Positions 21,045 through 30,388 of a DNA stretch of 64,000 nucleotides are shown here, one piece after another. The notes beneath the pieces are model-generated. The model was not told the origin of the DNA. It made no database searches and worked only from the letters and a program-made list of their open reading frames with translations. Source of the DNA: Gemmatimonadota bacterium (GTDB lineage Bacteria > Gemmatimonadota > Gemmatimonadetes > Gemmatimonadales > Gemmatimonadaceae). The stretch's first letter is position 1; each line of letters begins with the position of its first letter. Location: the NCBI GenBank assembly GCA_040389905.1, contig JAZJZK010000020.1, forward strand, positions 1 through 64,000, written 5' to 3'. The position numbers and the translations under genes were made by a program.

Positions 21045-21155
21045 TTCGAAAGTCGTGGTTTCCCACGCCAGTCCACAGAGTTGGCTCCGCTATGTGTTCA
21101 ATTCCGCTCCGCTGAAATCCGCTCCAACAAAAGGGGCCGGCCCACTACCTACGCA

Positions 21156-21938
21156 TCAAATTTCCACCCATCTGTTCGTCGCATCCAACACCGCCAACAC
21201 ACTCGCAGTCTCGATCCCATCCTTCACTTCTGCGCTTCCAGTTAGTAACGACGTGTCACGACCAAATCTTGTCGTCAGCGCCACGAACACGAACTCTCGC
21301 TCGAACGCATCAATGAGCCTGGCGCCCTCGAAGATCAGCGCCCGCCCCTCAGTATCCGACTTCTGCACCGCCGAAACCGCTGCCTTGCACGACGTCTCGA
21401 TCCGCAGCCGGTCGCTCTCCTGACCCGTCGCCTCGCCGACGAACACTTCCGCGCCACGACGCAGCGTCACTCGGCAGCTCATCCCCGTCGCACGGGAGCG
21501 CCGCACTTCCACATCCTCGAAGTACAGCTCGCGCCTGGCTCGCTTCACGGATAACGGCTCATCGACCACCGCATGCATGCTCCCGACTGCTGGCGTCACC
21601 CGGGCAGCCCGAATCGCCTCCGCTGCCGGACCCTCGCTCGTGGCCACCGATATCTTCTTGTGGCTCACCCGCATGCCGAGCTGCGCCAACAGCGCGCTCT
21701 CGATATTCCGCACCGTCTGCTTCGGCGATACCTCGGTCGTCGTCAACACGTGCACCTCGGCCACTTCACCGTTGTGACCGGGAATGATCCGCACGTTGAG
21801 AACGCCTGGGAGCGTACCCAGCAACTCTTCCGCTCGCGCAATCGGCAACACCGTCCCCGCTATTGAGGACGTGTCATCATCTGGACGCGGTGCTTCGGAG
21901 GCGGGGGCGCTATGGGACTTCGCCGACACCGTCAACAA
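21156..21938 (-). CDS. Conserved hypothetical two-domain protein (SPKQxVRxIESAL motif)
   Basis: EVHVL..SPKQTVRNIESALLAQLG N-domain and beta-rich C-domain ending AVLDATNR; start codon uncertain. Confidence 0.75.
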   Translation of the reverse strand: MLTVSAKSHSAPASEAPRPDDDTSSIAGTVLPIARAEELLGTLPGVLNVRIIPGHNGEVAEVHVLTTTEVSPKQTVRNIESALLAQLGMRVSHKKISVATSEGPAAEAIRAARVTPAVGSMHAVVDEPLSVKRARRELYFEDVEVRRSRATGMSCRVTLRRGAEVFVGEATGQESDRLRIETSCKAAVSAVQKSDTEGRALIFEGARLIDAFEREFVFVALTTRFGRDTSLLTGSAEVKDGIETASVLAVLDATNRWVEI

Positions 21939-22072
21939 GTTGTGGTGTGATGGATAAGGAAGGATCTACCGCGAGCTTCTCCGCGCCACCGCATCAGGGC
22001 ACTGTAGCCTGCCGACCTCGACAAAACTATGAGTCGCAATAGTGACTTAAGAATCTCTAGGTGATGCATCAA

Positions 22073-23647
22073 CTAGTCAAGCGAATACTCCAGCTCCGGC
22101 AGCCGATACTCCTTGATCTTCCGGTACAACGTTCGCTCGCCAATACCCAGCAGGTCGGCGGCGCGGCGGCGATTCCCGCGCGTTTCCTTCAACGCCGCAG
22201 CAATCACCGCCCGCTCCACCTCGGACATCTTCGTCCCTGGAGCCACCGTCACCACGTTCGGCGGCGGCGCCTCATCACGCGGACCAATCGCCCCGATACT
22301 ACCACCCGCCACGCTCGGCGCAACCACCTCCCCGATGAATGCGCCTCGCCCACTCCCCAACGGCGGCATCGCCCGGTCATCATCCATGCGCCGCCTGAGC
22401 TCCTCGACCTGAATCTTCAGCTCGAGCAGGCTCCGCAGGATGAACTCCAATTCGCGGCCCTGCCCGCTCGCATGCTCTGTGCCCGTGTCGACAAAAGGCG
22501 CCGAGCGCACGGGGAGCAACCGCCCACTGCCCTCCCGGATCTGCCGCGGCAGGTCCTGGGGCCCGATCTCGGTGCCGTGTGAGAGCACCACCATGCTCTC
22601 CACGAGATTCTTGAGCTCTCGCACGTTGCCCGGCCATGGATACCGCACCAGCATCTCCATCGCCGGCGCCGAGATGCCCGGAAAGGGGCGCTCGTGCTGG
22701 GCGGAGAGGTCGCGGATGAAGCGACGCACCAGAAGTGGAATGTCCTCCGGCCGCTCCCTGAGTGGCGGCAGGTAGATGTTGAGGACGTTGAGCCGGTAGT
22801 ACAGGTCGGCGCGGAAGTCCCCCTCCTCCACATGCTCCCGGAGCGGCCGGTTCGTGGCCGCAATCACCCGCACGTTCACGCTGATCGTCGACGTACCACC
22901 CACCCGCGTGAACTCCCGCGCCTCCAGCGCACGCAGCAGCTTCACCTGCGTGGACATGGGAATCTCGCCGATCTCGTCGAGGAACAACGTCCCCCCATCC
23001 GCCAGCTCGAAGCGCCCCAACCGCCGCTCGGCCGCCCCGGTAAAGGCGCCCTTCTCGTGGCCGAATAGCTCGCTCTCGAGCAGGGTCTCCGGCAGCGCAC
23101 CCACGTTGACGGCGATGAACGGCTTGTTCCTCCGGGGGCCAAGCATCGCGAGGGCGCGTGCCACGAGCTCCTTGCCGGTGCCGCTCTCGCCCTCCACGAG
23201 CACGGTGCTGCTCACGGGCGCCATCTGCTCGACCTTCACCATCACTTCGCGGAGCGGCTCGCTTTCGCCGATCAGCCCCGTGGCCTCCTGGAGCGCATGC
23301 CGCTCCATGATGCGCTTGACGCCGAGCGCGACGTCGTCGGTGTGAATGGGTTTGGTGAAGAGCTCGACGTAGCCCTGCGCGCGCAGCGCGTCGCGCTGGA
23401 CGGGGTCGTCGCCGGCGATGAGTCCGACGACGGGGACTCCATCCCACAGGAGCTCGCGCACCAGTGAGACGTTTGCGGAGTCGGTGAGCTCACCGCTGAT
23501 GACGACGAGGTCGGGCTTGGCGCGCTTGATCTCGCCGCGCATGTCGTCGAGCGGGCTGACGATCTCGGTGGTGACACCGTCGGCCTCGAGGCGGGCATTG
23601 AGCCGCACCGCGGGTTCGACGTCGTGTAAAGTGATGAGTACGCTCAT
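22073..23647 (-). CDS. Sigma-54-dependent Fis-family regulator with degenerate receiver domain
   Basis: GESGTGKE, ESELFGHEKGAFTGA, FLDEIGE, WPGNVREL, C-terminal HTH (LGIGERTLYRK). Confidence 0.9.
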   Translation of the reverse strand: MSVLITLHDVEPAVRLNARLEADGVTTEIVSPLDDMRGEIKRAKPDLVVISGELTDSANVSLVRELLWDGVPVVGLIAGDDPVQRDALRAQGYVELFTKPIHTDDVALGVKRIMERHALQEATGLIGESEPLREVMVKVEQMAPVSSTVLVEGESGTGKELVARALAMLGPRRNKPFIAVNVGALPETLLESELFGHEKGAFTGAAERRLGRFELADGGTLFLDEIGEIPMSTQVKLLRALEAREFTRVGGTSTISVNVRVIAATNRPLREHVEEGDFRADLYYRLNVLNIYLPPLRERPEDIPLLVRRFIRDLSAQHERPFPGISAPAMEMLVRYPWPGNVRELKNLVESMVVLSHGTEIGPQDLPRQIREGSGRLLPVRSAPFVDTGTEHASGQGRELEFILRSLLELKIQVEELRRRMDDDRAMPPLGSGRGAFIGEVVAPSVAGGSIGAIGPRDEAPPPNVVTVAPGTKMSEVERAVIAAALKETRGNRRRAADLLGIGERTLYRKIKEYRLPELEYSLD

Positions 23648-23849
23648 TGGCTGCGTCGCCGCGTGAGGGTATGGATTCGCATGGCGTGAAAAGATAATGC
23701 TGGGACGGCAGCCTTGTTCGCTATTTCGTGCGCGCGACAGCGCACAGCGCATACATAGGGTGGCCGCCACGATGTGTGTCGGGGATAGCAACCTCAGCGT
23801 AGAGCGGGACCCTCTCGCGACTTCGCGATTCCCTGACCCCTTAGACGCG

Positions 23850-26345
23850 ATGCGCCTCGCTCTCATCGCTCTCCTCTGCTGCGCGGCCGGCACACTCCAC
23901 GCGCAGGGCACACGGCGCCCCATCTCATTCGTAGGCGTCGTACGCGACTCGGCGACCGGCGAAGCGCTTCCTCACGCTCGCGTGACCATCGTCGACATCG
24001 GCCGTTCGGCGGAAACCAACGCCGACGGGCGCTTCGTTCTCGTCAATGTGCCCGTTGCCACCCATACGGTGCGCGTGCATTACATCGGCTACCGCCCATT
24101 CGAGAAAGCGCTCGACGGCGACGCCATGGCAAAGCCGCTCACCGTCGCGCTCGTGCGCTCGGCGGTGCTGCTGGCAGGCACCAAGACCGTGGCCGATCCC
24201 GAGCAGGGCATGGCGCCGGTCGTCGCATCGGGCGTCAGTCACACCGCAATCTCGCCGGCGCTGGTCGAGGCAATGCCGTCGCTCGGCGAGGTGGATGTGT
24301 TTCGCGCGCTCCAGATGCTGCCGAGTGTGAGCGGCACGGGAGACGGCACCGCGAGCTTGTCGGTGCGCGGTGGATCGCCCGACCAGAACCTCGTGCTGCT
24401 CGACGGCATGACGGTGTACCACGTCGATCACTTCTTCGGCATGTTCAGCGCGTTCAACAACGATGCGCTCAAGGACATCCAGCTTTACGCCGGCGGGTTT
24501 CCGGCGCGGTATGGCGGGCGATTGTCGAGCGTCGTCGACCTCACCGGGAAGGCCGGCGACGAGCACACGGTGCGCGGCAGCATGGGGATGAATCTGCTCG
24601 GGGCGCGCGGCGAGATGGAGATTCCCTTAGGCAAGGGCTCGTGGCTGCTCTCGGCGCGCCGTTCATACACCGATGTCATCCAGAGTGGGCTGTATAACAA
24701 ACTGTTCGCCGCTAGCGGCGGTACGAGCGCAACGACGACGAACACGACGGCCGGCGGCAATTTTCCCGGCGGGCCCGGAGCGGGCCGCAACAGGTTCCAG
24801 CAGCAGACCGTGAGCCCGACCTTCTACTTCTATGACCTGAACAGCAAGCTCACGTATCGTCCAACGGAGAAGGATTTCCTCGCGCTCAGCTTCTACGCCG
24901 GGCGCGACAACCTCGACCAGTCGCAGGCGGCGCCCACGGGCGGCGGGCCGTTCGGTCCGGGCGGCCTTGTCGGCACGACGGGCACCACACCATCGGGAGT
25001 CCAGGATCTCACCGCGTGGGGAAACCATGGTGCGAGCGGACGCTGGTTCCGCCAATGGAGCGACCGGCTGTCGTCGGATGCGCTCGTCGCGGCATCGCGC
25101 TACACGAGCGACGGCTCGCGGACCGCGAGCGGCGGCGCGTTGGGCGGTGGGGCACGCTTCGACTTCGGGTTGACGGAGACCAACCGCGTGGACGACCTGA
25201 CGTTCCGCGTGGACAACGAGTTTCGGGTGGCGCAATGGTCGCACATTGCGTTCGGTACGTGGATTACGCGCAACCGTGTGACGTACGACTTCCTCGTCAA
25301 TTCCGACACCACGCAGCGCAATCGCAACACATCGCGCGACGGACGCGCCCTGCTTTCCGCCGCGTACGCGCAGCACGTGTGGACGCCGGTCTCCGCGATC
25401 GAGCTCACGACGGGCGTGCGCGCGAGCCAGTACGATGCCACGGCGACGACGTACCTGGAGCCGAGGCTTTCGCTCACGGCGCAGCTTCAGCCGTGGCTTC
25501 AGTGGAAGGGCGCGTGGGGGCGCTATCACCAGTTCGTCAGCCGCGTCGAGAACGAAGACGTCTTGCAGGGTAGCCGCGATTTCTGGCTGCTCGCGGACAG
25601 CTCGCTGATGCCGAGCGCTGCGGAGCATCGCATCGTCGGGTTGTCCGTGGAGCGGCCGCGATGGACGCTCAACGTCGAGGCCTATGAGAAAACACTGTCG
25701 AACGTGGCCCTCTTCTCGCGGCGGTATCGCGATGCGTTCGGCGTGAATACGGGCTCGTTCTTCTACCAGGGGAGTGGCAACGTCCGCGGACTCGAGTTCA
25801 TGGCATCGAAGAAGGCGGGCGCGCTCACGGGCTGGGTGAGCTACACGCTGTCGAAGGGAACGAACACCTTCGCGGCGGTCGACAACGGAACGCCCTTCCC
25901 CTCGCAGTACGACCAGCGCCACGAAGCCAAGACATTCGCTGCATATGCGCTCGGGAGTTGGGAGCTCTCGGCGACCACGCTGTATGGATCCGGGCGTCCG
26001 TATACCGCACCCGAAAGCCAGTACGAGGTGAAGCTGCTCGACGGCACCACGCAGAGCTACGTGCACGTGGGCGCGAAGAACGGAGAGCGACTACCGGCCT
26101 ACGAGCGCGCCGACCTCGCCGTCTCGCGTCTGTTCAGAACGGACGCCTTCGATTGGAAGCTCGGCCTGTCGTTCTACAACGTCACCAACCGGCGCAACGT
26201 CTCGTACCGCAAGTTCGATCTCAGCCAGTCGCCCGTGTCGATCACCGATGTGACGCAGCTCGGGTTCATACCGAGTATCGATCTCAAGGTGACGCTCCGC
26301 GATATCAAGAAGGTGTTCACGGATTCATTTGGAGGAAACCGCTGA
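23850..26345 (+). CDS. TonB-dependent receptor
   Basis: Signal peptide, carboxypeptidase-regulatory-like domain, plug (LSVRGGSPDQNLVLLDG; GGFPARYGGRLSSV) and beta-barrel. Confidence 0.9.
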   Translation: MRLALIALLCCAAGTLHAQGTRRPISFVGVVRDSATGEALPHARVTIVDIGRSAETNADGRFVLVNVPVATHTVRVHYIGYRPFEKALDGDAMAKPLTVALVRSAVLLAGTKTVADPEQGMAPVVASGVSHTAISPALVEAMPSLGEVDVFRALQMLPSVSGTGDGTASLSVRGGSPDQNLVLLDGMTVYHVDHFFGMFSAFNNDALKDIQLYAGGFPARYGGRLSSVVDLTGKAGDEHTVRGSMGMNLLGARGEMEIPLGKGSWLLSARRSYTDVIQSGLYNKLFAASGGTSATTTNTTAGGNFPGGPGAGRNRFQQQTVSPTFYFYDLNSKLTYRPTEKDFLALSFYAGRDNLDQSQAAPTGGGPFGPGGLVGTTGTTPSGVQDLTAWGNHGASGRWFRQWSDRLSSDALVAASRYTSDGSRTASGGALGGGARFDFGLTETNRVDDLTFRVDNEFRVAQWSHIAFGTWITRNRVTYDFLVNSDTTQRNRNTSRDGRALLSAAYAQHVWTPVSAIELTTGVRASQYDATATTYLEPRLSLTAQLQPWLQWKGAWGRYHQFVSRVENEDVLQGSRDFWLLADSSLMPSAAEHRIVGLSVERPRWTLNVEAYEKTLSNVALFSRRYRDAFGVNTGSFFYQGSGNVRGLEFMASKKAGALTGWVSYTLSKGTNTFAAVDNGTPFPSQYDQRHEAKTFAAYALGSWELSATTLYGSGRPYTAPESQYEVKLLDGTTQSYVHVGAKNGERLPAYERADLAVSRLFRTDAFDWKLGLSFYNVTNRRNVSYRKFDLSQSPVSITDVTQLGFIPSIDLKVTLRDIKKVFTDSFGGNR

Positions 26346-27178
26346 TGCGCCGACCGCTCAACATGTTGGCCGCATGCGCCGCCGCAGTGCTCTCGGCGTG
26401 CGCAGGCTCGACGGAGCCGGTGCTTTCCTACGCGCGGCAGCCTGTGGTTGGCGCGTATCTCTACGCGGGCGAGCCCGTCAACGACATCCACCTGACCTGG
26501 ACGACGACGCTCGACGCCAGCGACACGATTCCCGCGCCGATCAACGACGCCAAGGTGTCGTTGAAGCGGCGCGGCGTAACGTATTCGCTCGTGAAGTCAC
26601 CGGGCGACAGCGGGTACTACCGCTATCCCGGGAGCGATCTCGTCGTCGCCATCGGCGACGTGTTCGACCTCGAGATCATCGTGGGCGGCCAGACGATCAC
26701 GGCAACGACGACGGTTCCACGACAGCCAGGCAGCGTGACGTTATCGGCCGACACCTTGAAAGTTCAGACGCCGGGGCCGCCCACGCCGGGGAGTCCGCCG
26801 CAGTTCGTCGAACAGGCCCGCGTGACTGTGCGGTGGCCAGCTACATCAGGTGCGCTCTATTACGTGACGGTCGAGAATCTCGAGACGACACTCACGCCCA
26901 TCATCGACACCACGAGCTTCTTTCGGGTCGGCCGAGGACGGCTCATCTTCCCACCGACGGCTGCGGATTCCTTCACCGTCAACGCGCAGTCGCTCACGTA
27001 CCTCGGGCGTCACCAGGTGCGAGTGTTCCGGATCAACGAGGAGTATGCGCAACTGTATGCGTCACGCCAACAAGACTCCCGTGATCTCAACGAGCCGCTG
27101 AGCAACATCCGCGGCGGCCTCGGTGTGTTCAGCGCGTTCGCGAGCGATACGGCGCGGTTCGTAGCGGTCAGACCGTAA
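26345..27178 (+). CDS. DUF4249-like lipoprotein
   Basis: Lipobox LSAC; C-terminal SNIRGGLGVFSA; start overlaps the receptor stop. Confidence 0.8.
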   Translation: MRRPLNMLAACAAAVLSACAGSTEPVLSYARQPVVGAYLYAGEPVNDIHLTWTTTLDASDTIPAPINDAKVSLKRRGVTYSLVKSPGDSGYYRYPGSDLVVAIGDVFDLEIIVGGQTITATTTVPRQPGSVTLSADTLKVQTPGPPTPGSPPQFVEQARVTVRWPATSGALYYVTVENLETTLTPIIDTTSFFRVGRGRLIFPPTAADSFTVNAQSLTYLGRHQVRVFRINEEYAQLYASRQQDSRDLNEPLSNIRGGLGVFSAFASDTARFVAVRP

Positions 27179-27191
27179 CGAGAAGGGAATT

Positions 27192-27218
27192 GGAGATGGT
27201 CAGGACGGCGATTCTCAC
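27192..27218 (-). repeat. Diverged relic of the mog 5' end (VRIAVLTIS)
   Basis: 22/27 identical to 29751-29777; all differences are synonymous or GTG/ATG start. Confidence 0.75.
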
Positions 27219-27259
27219 GGCGTGCAAGCTAGCGCTCGAGTGCTGTGCGCCATACAGCG

Positions 27260-27283
27260 GTGTATGGCAGTATTGCCATACAC
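27260..27283. repeat. 24-bp palindrome, copy 2 (GTGTATGGCAGTATTGCCATACAC)
   Basis: One difference from copy 1. Confidence 0.9.
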
Positions 27284-27340
27284 CCGCTAGAAACCGTGCG
27301 TTCCTCAGGGGAGCGTCACCTTCTTCTTGCCCGAAGCGGG

Positions 27341-27785
27341 TTACGAAATGCGCGTCTGGCTGCGCCGCGCGAAGCTCGCGATGCCAAGCAGGCCTGTGCC
27401 GATCAGGACGAGACTCGCGGGCTCCGGCGTGGCGTCGGTTGGGCCTGACGAAAACTCTTCAAAGGTCAGATCAAAGAGCTCGTATGAATCCATCACTGTA
27501 CTCGGTCCGTAGCCATCCAGGGTCGTACCAAACCACACCGTACGCATACCCATCGACGCTCATGGTGCTGAAAACCTGTGTGGTTGTCAGCATCGAGAGA
27601 AAGTACGTTTGTCAATGACTGTTCGGCGGTCAAGCTGTACTCAGCGCTTCCAGACGTAATGAGCGTTCCGCCCAAGTTCGGGGCATTCGTCCACAGCCCG
27701 ATCGTCAGGGTTCCCGCCGCCTCGGACGGACTATTGAAGTAGTTCGTAATGGTGAACCCGGCGACAAGCAGATCCTCGGATAGCG
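27341..27785 (-). pseudogene. PEP-CTERM protein fragment (5'-truncated, frameshifted)
   Basis: C-terminal TPEPASLVLIGTGLLGIASFARRS sorting signal; upstream coding-like sequence spread over several frames, abutting the kinase stop. Confidence 0.7.
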
Positions 27786-27787
27786 CG

Positions 27788-28912
27788 CTAGCGCGGCAAC
27801 CGCACCGTGAACAACGTTCCGGCTTCAGTCGACGATCGCACGTCGATGCTCCCGCCGTGCGCGCGGACGATGCGGTCGGCGATGTAGAGTCCCAAACCCA
27901 AGTTCCCAGCCGGCGCCGACGCGACTTTCTCGTCCTTCACGCGCTTGAAGGGGCTGAAGACTCCCGGGATGTCCTCGCGCGGGATTGGCACACCGTAGTT
28001 GTGCACGCGAAGCACCACATCGGCACGTTCGCCTTCGACCGTGACGTCGATCGTCGCCTTGGGCATGCCGTGCTCGACGGCGTTGCCGACGAGGTTCGAC
28101 ACAACCTGACTGACGCGTGGACAATCCCATGTGCCTTTGACATCGCCAGTCGTGCTGAACTCAACGACCGCGTCAGGATTCGCGACACGGATTTCATCGA
28201 CGACATGCTTTACGGCGACGCCAAGGTCCATCGCTTCCGGGGTAACGGGAATTCCCGAGCCGAGGCGGCCGCGTGTGAAGTCGAGCAGATCGCCGACCAT
28301 GCGGTGCATGCGCCTGGCGCTGTGGACGATGCGCGTCGTCAGCGTGCGATGCGGCTCCACGAGCTCGCCGGTGTCGAGCATGAACTGCGACGCCATGAGG
28401 ACCGCACCGATAGGCGACCGGAGATCGTGGCCGAGGATGGCCAGGAACATCTCCTTCGAGCTGTCGAGGTCCTGTGTGTAGCGCGAGATCGACTCCGCGA
28501 GAGCCTGATCGATTGACTCGTTGAAGCGCATCAGGTCCTGGAGGTCTTCCCCTTTCAGCGCGCCGCACTCCTTGACCCAGAGGCGAATGACGCTGGCGCG
28601 CAGCGCGCGGTACTCCGAGACCATTTCGCCAACCGAGAAGCCGCTCTGCGCACGACCTGACCCATGGACCTCCGCCGGCGTGTCCGGTTCGTCCGGCGTC
28701 GAATCCTCGGTGCCCTTGGACTTTTGCACTTGCTCGAGGTCAGTCTGCGGCGTCCGCAAGTCTGCGACGATGATCGCGAGCATGGCCACGGCATGATCGC
28801 GCAGTGCCGAGTGATCCATGACCTGGCCGGCGGGTCCGCTGATCGCCGCGAAGGCTTCCCACTCGACGAGAATCTCTTCTGCGTGTGTCTCGATGTAGTC
28901 GGGCAGCCGCAC
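27788..28912 (-). CDS. Sensor histidine kinase with RsbRD-N-like N-terminus
   Basis: H-box ILGHDLRSP, N-box SNLVGNAVEHG, G-box GLGLYIA; N-terminal EEILVEWEAFA..HGSGR..EYRALR. Confidence 0.9.
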   Translation of the reverse strand: MRLPDYIETHAEEILVEWEAFAAISGPAGQVMDHSALRDHAVAMLAIIVADLRTPQTDLEQVQKSKGTEDSTPDEPDTPAEVHGSGRAQSGFSVGEMVSEYRALRASVIRLWVKECGALKGEDLQDLMRFNESIDQALAESISRYTQDLDSSKEMFLAILGHDLRSPIGAVLMASQFMLDTGELVEPHRTLTTRIVHSARRMHRMVGDLLDFTRGRLGSGIPVTPEAMDLGVAVKHVVDEIRVANPDAVVEFSTTGDVKGTWDCPRVSQVVSNLVGNAVEHGMPKATIDVTVEGERADVVLRVHNYGVPIPREDIPGVFSPFKRVKDEKVASAPAGNLGLGLYIADRIVRAHGGSIDVRSSTEAGTLFTVRLPR

Positions 28913-28939
28913 GGTTCCTCTGGATGACAGTGTCGTGCG

Positions 28940-29200
28940 TCAGCGAAGCCAGCTCAACGCGGTCAGGGCACGCGAGTCCAGCGTCTGCCAGTTGGTGGGG
29001 TAATTCCAGACTCGGTGCACCTCGTCATTCGACGAGAAGACGAGACAGACGCCGGCTCGCTCGCCCGGCGTATTCGCGCTCTGCTGTGCAAAGACACGCC
29101 AGACGACCTGTTCTGGATCCGAGTACACTCTGGACGGAGAAACGACCGGCTCGAGGAGCACCGGCAGCGCCTTCTGGTCGTCGTGCGTGGACATGGGCAT
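28940..29200 (-). CDS. Small hypothetical protein
   Basis: 86 aa ORF with SD GGAG; CLVFSS..RVWNYP.NW..L motif. Confidence 0.6.
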   Translation of the reverse strand: MPMSTHDDQKALPVLLEPVVSPSRVYSDPEQVVWRVFAQQSANTPGERAGVCLVFSSNDEVHRVWNYPTNWQTLDSRALTALSWLR

Positions 29201-29300
29201 TCAGCGCTCCTCGCGCAAAGCGGTCGCGGCGAGAGAGCACTCACATGCCGATGCTACAGCGACTTAGCAATCATTGTACCAAATCGTACAGCGGTGAGAA

Positions 29301-29777
29301 TCAGCCGCTATGATCGGTCGGCTGGCCGCGCAGGATCCGAATGGCGTGATCGATGATCGGCTCGATGGCCGCGAGTGATTCCTTCACGCCGTTCGTCGAA
29401 CCCGGGAGGTTGATGACGAGCGAACTTCCGCGGATGCCGCACACGCCGCGGCCGAGCGCCGCGCGCGGAAAGCCCTGCCCCGTGACCAACCGAATCCGCT
29501 CGGCGATTCCCGGCACGTCGCGCTCGATGATCGCGCGCGTGGCTTCGGGGGTGACGTCGCTCTTGCTGAGCCCCGTGCCGCCGGTCGTGATGACGAGGTC
29601 GGCCTTGTCGTAGTCGCACCAGTCGACGAGCACCCGGGCGATCGCTACGGCGTCGTCGGGCACGATGGTGCGAGCGACGAGACGATCGCCCGCCCACTCG
29701 GCGGCGGCGTCACCGCTCGTGTCAGCGCGCTCGCCGCGCGAGCCGGCGTCGGAGATGGTGAGAACGGCGATCCGCAT
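29301..29777 (-). CDS. mog: Molybdopterin adenylyltransferase (MogA/MoaB family)
   Basis: MRIAVLTISD..DTSG, TTGGTG..DVTPEA, INLPGS. Confidence 0.9.
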   Translation of the reverse strand: MRIAVLTISDAGSRGERADTSGDAAAEWAGDRLVARTIVPDDAVAIARVLVDWCDYDKADLVITTGGTGLSKSDVTPEATRAIIERDVPGIAERIRLVTGQGFPRAALGRGVCGIRGSSLVINLPGSTNGVKESLAAIEPIIDHAIRILRGQPTDHSG

Positions 29778-29790
29778 GAAGGTAGAGCCC

Positions 29791-30366
29791 CTAATCTTCG
29801 ATGCTGGCAAAGAACTGTCGCACATCCAACTCGAATGCCGGCACGGAAGGAACTGGTTGCCAGATGAGCCGATCATCGACAAGTGCGGCGCGGTCGTCGC
29901 CGGGCTTCCAGACTTCGAAGATCTGCGCCTCGCCGTCGACGACCCAGTAATCGGGCACACCATTCCCAAGGAAGAACTTTCGTTTGGTGATGCGATCGTG
30001 GCGAGCGGAGCCAGAAGACACGACTTCCGCGGCCAGCATGATGCGGGTAATCAGCGCATCGAGCGGCGGAAGGCGGCCCGCGACTCTTGGAATGACGAAG
30101 AGATCCGGCTCGAACCTGGAGTCAGGGGTAAGAGCAACGGTGCACGGGCTGACGTACGCCTTTCCAAGCCGATGGTGCTTCACATACTCACGAATGAGCA
30201 CGAAGAGCTCGACAAGAATTGCCTGGTGGCGATTGGAAGGGGCCGGCGTCACGAGCAGATCGCCGTCGACCAGTTCGTAGCGCGGCGTGTGTCCGTCGCG
30301 CCCTTCGATGAGTTGCTCGAGGTCTTCGACCGTCCAGCGGTCGCGGTGAACGACTGGCATGGCCAT
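29791..30366 (-). CDS. Uma2-family (PD-(D/E)XK-like) endonuclease
   Basis: RYELVDG.L.VTPAP..HQ, EPDLFV, AEVVS, GVPDYWVVD. Confidence 0.85.
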   Translation of the reverse strand: MAMPVVHRDRWTVEDLEQLIEGRDGHTPRYELVDGDLLVTPAPSNRHQAILVELFVLIREYVKHHRLGKAYVSPCTVALTPDSRFEPDLFVIPRVAGRLPPLDALITRIMLAAEVVSSGSARHDRITKRKFFLGNGVPDYWVVDGEAQIFEVWKPGDDRAALVDDRLIWQPVPSVPAFELDVRQFFASIED

Positions 30367-30388
30367 AAGATGCTCGGCGACGAGCGGA

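Noticed and set aside
21045..21150. Possible c-di-GMP-II riboswitch upstream of the small peptide (GCGGAGCCA..GACTGGC on the minus strand)
   Set aside because: Resemblance is partial and I cannot build the conserved stems or pseudoknot by eye; an Infernal search with the Rfam c-di-GMP-II model would decide.
23648..23923. Overlapping N-terminal extensions of the divergent sigma-54 regulator and TonB receptor
   Set aside because: Better starts at 23647 (-) and 23850 (+) remove the overlap and give a proper signal peptide.
29791..30366. Uma2 nuclease as a defence system or as the palindrome-acting enzyme
   Set aside because: Uma2 genes are common solitary paralogs; nothing in the sequence links it to the repeats.
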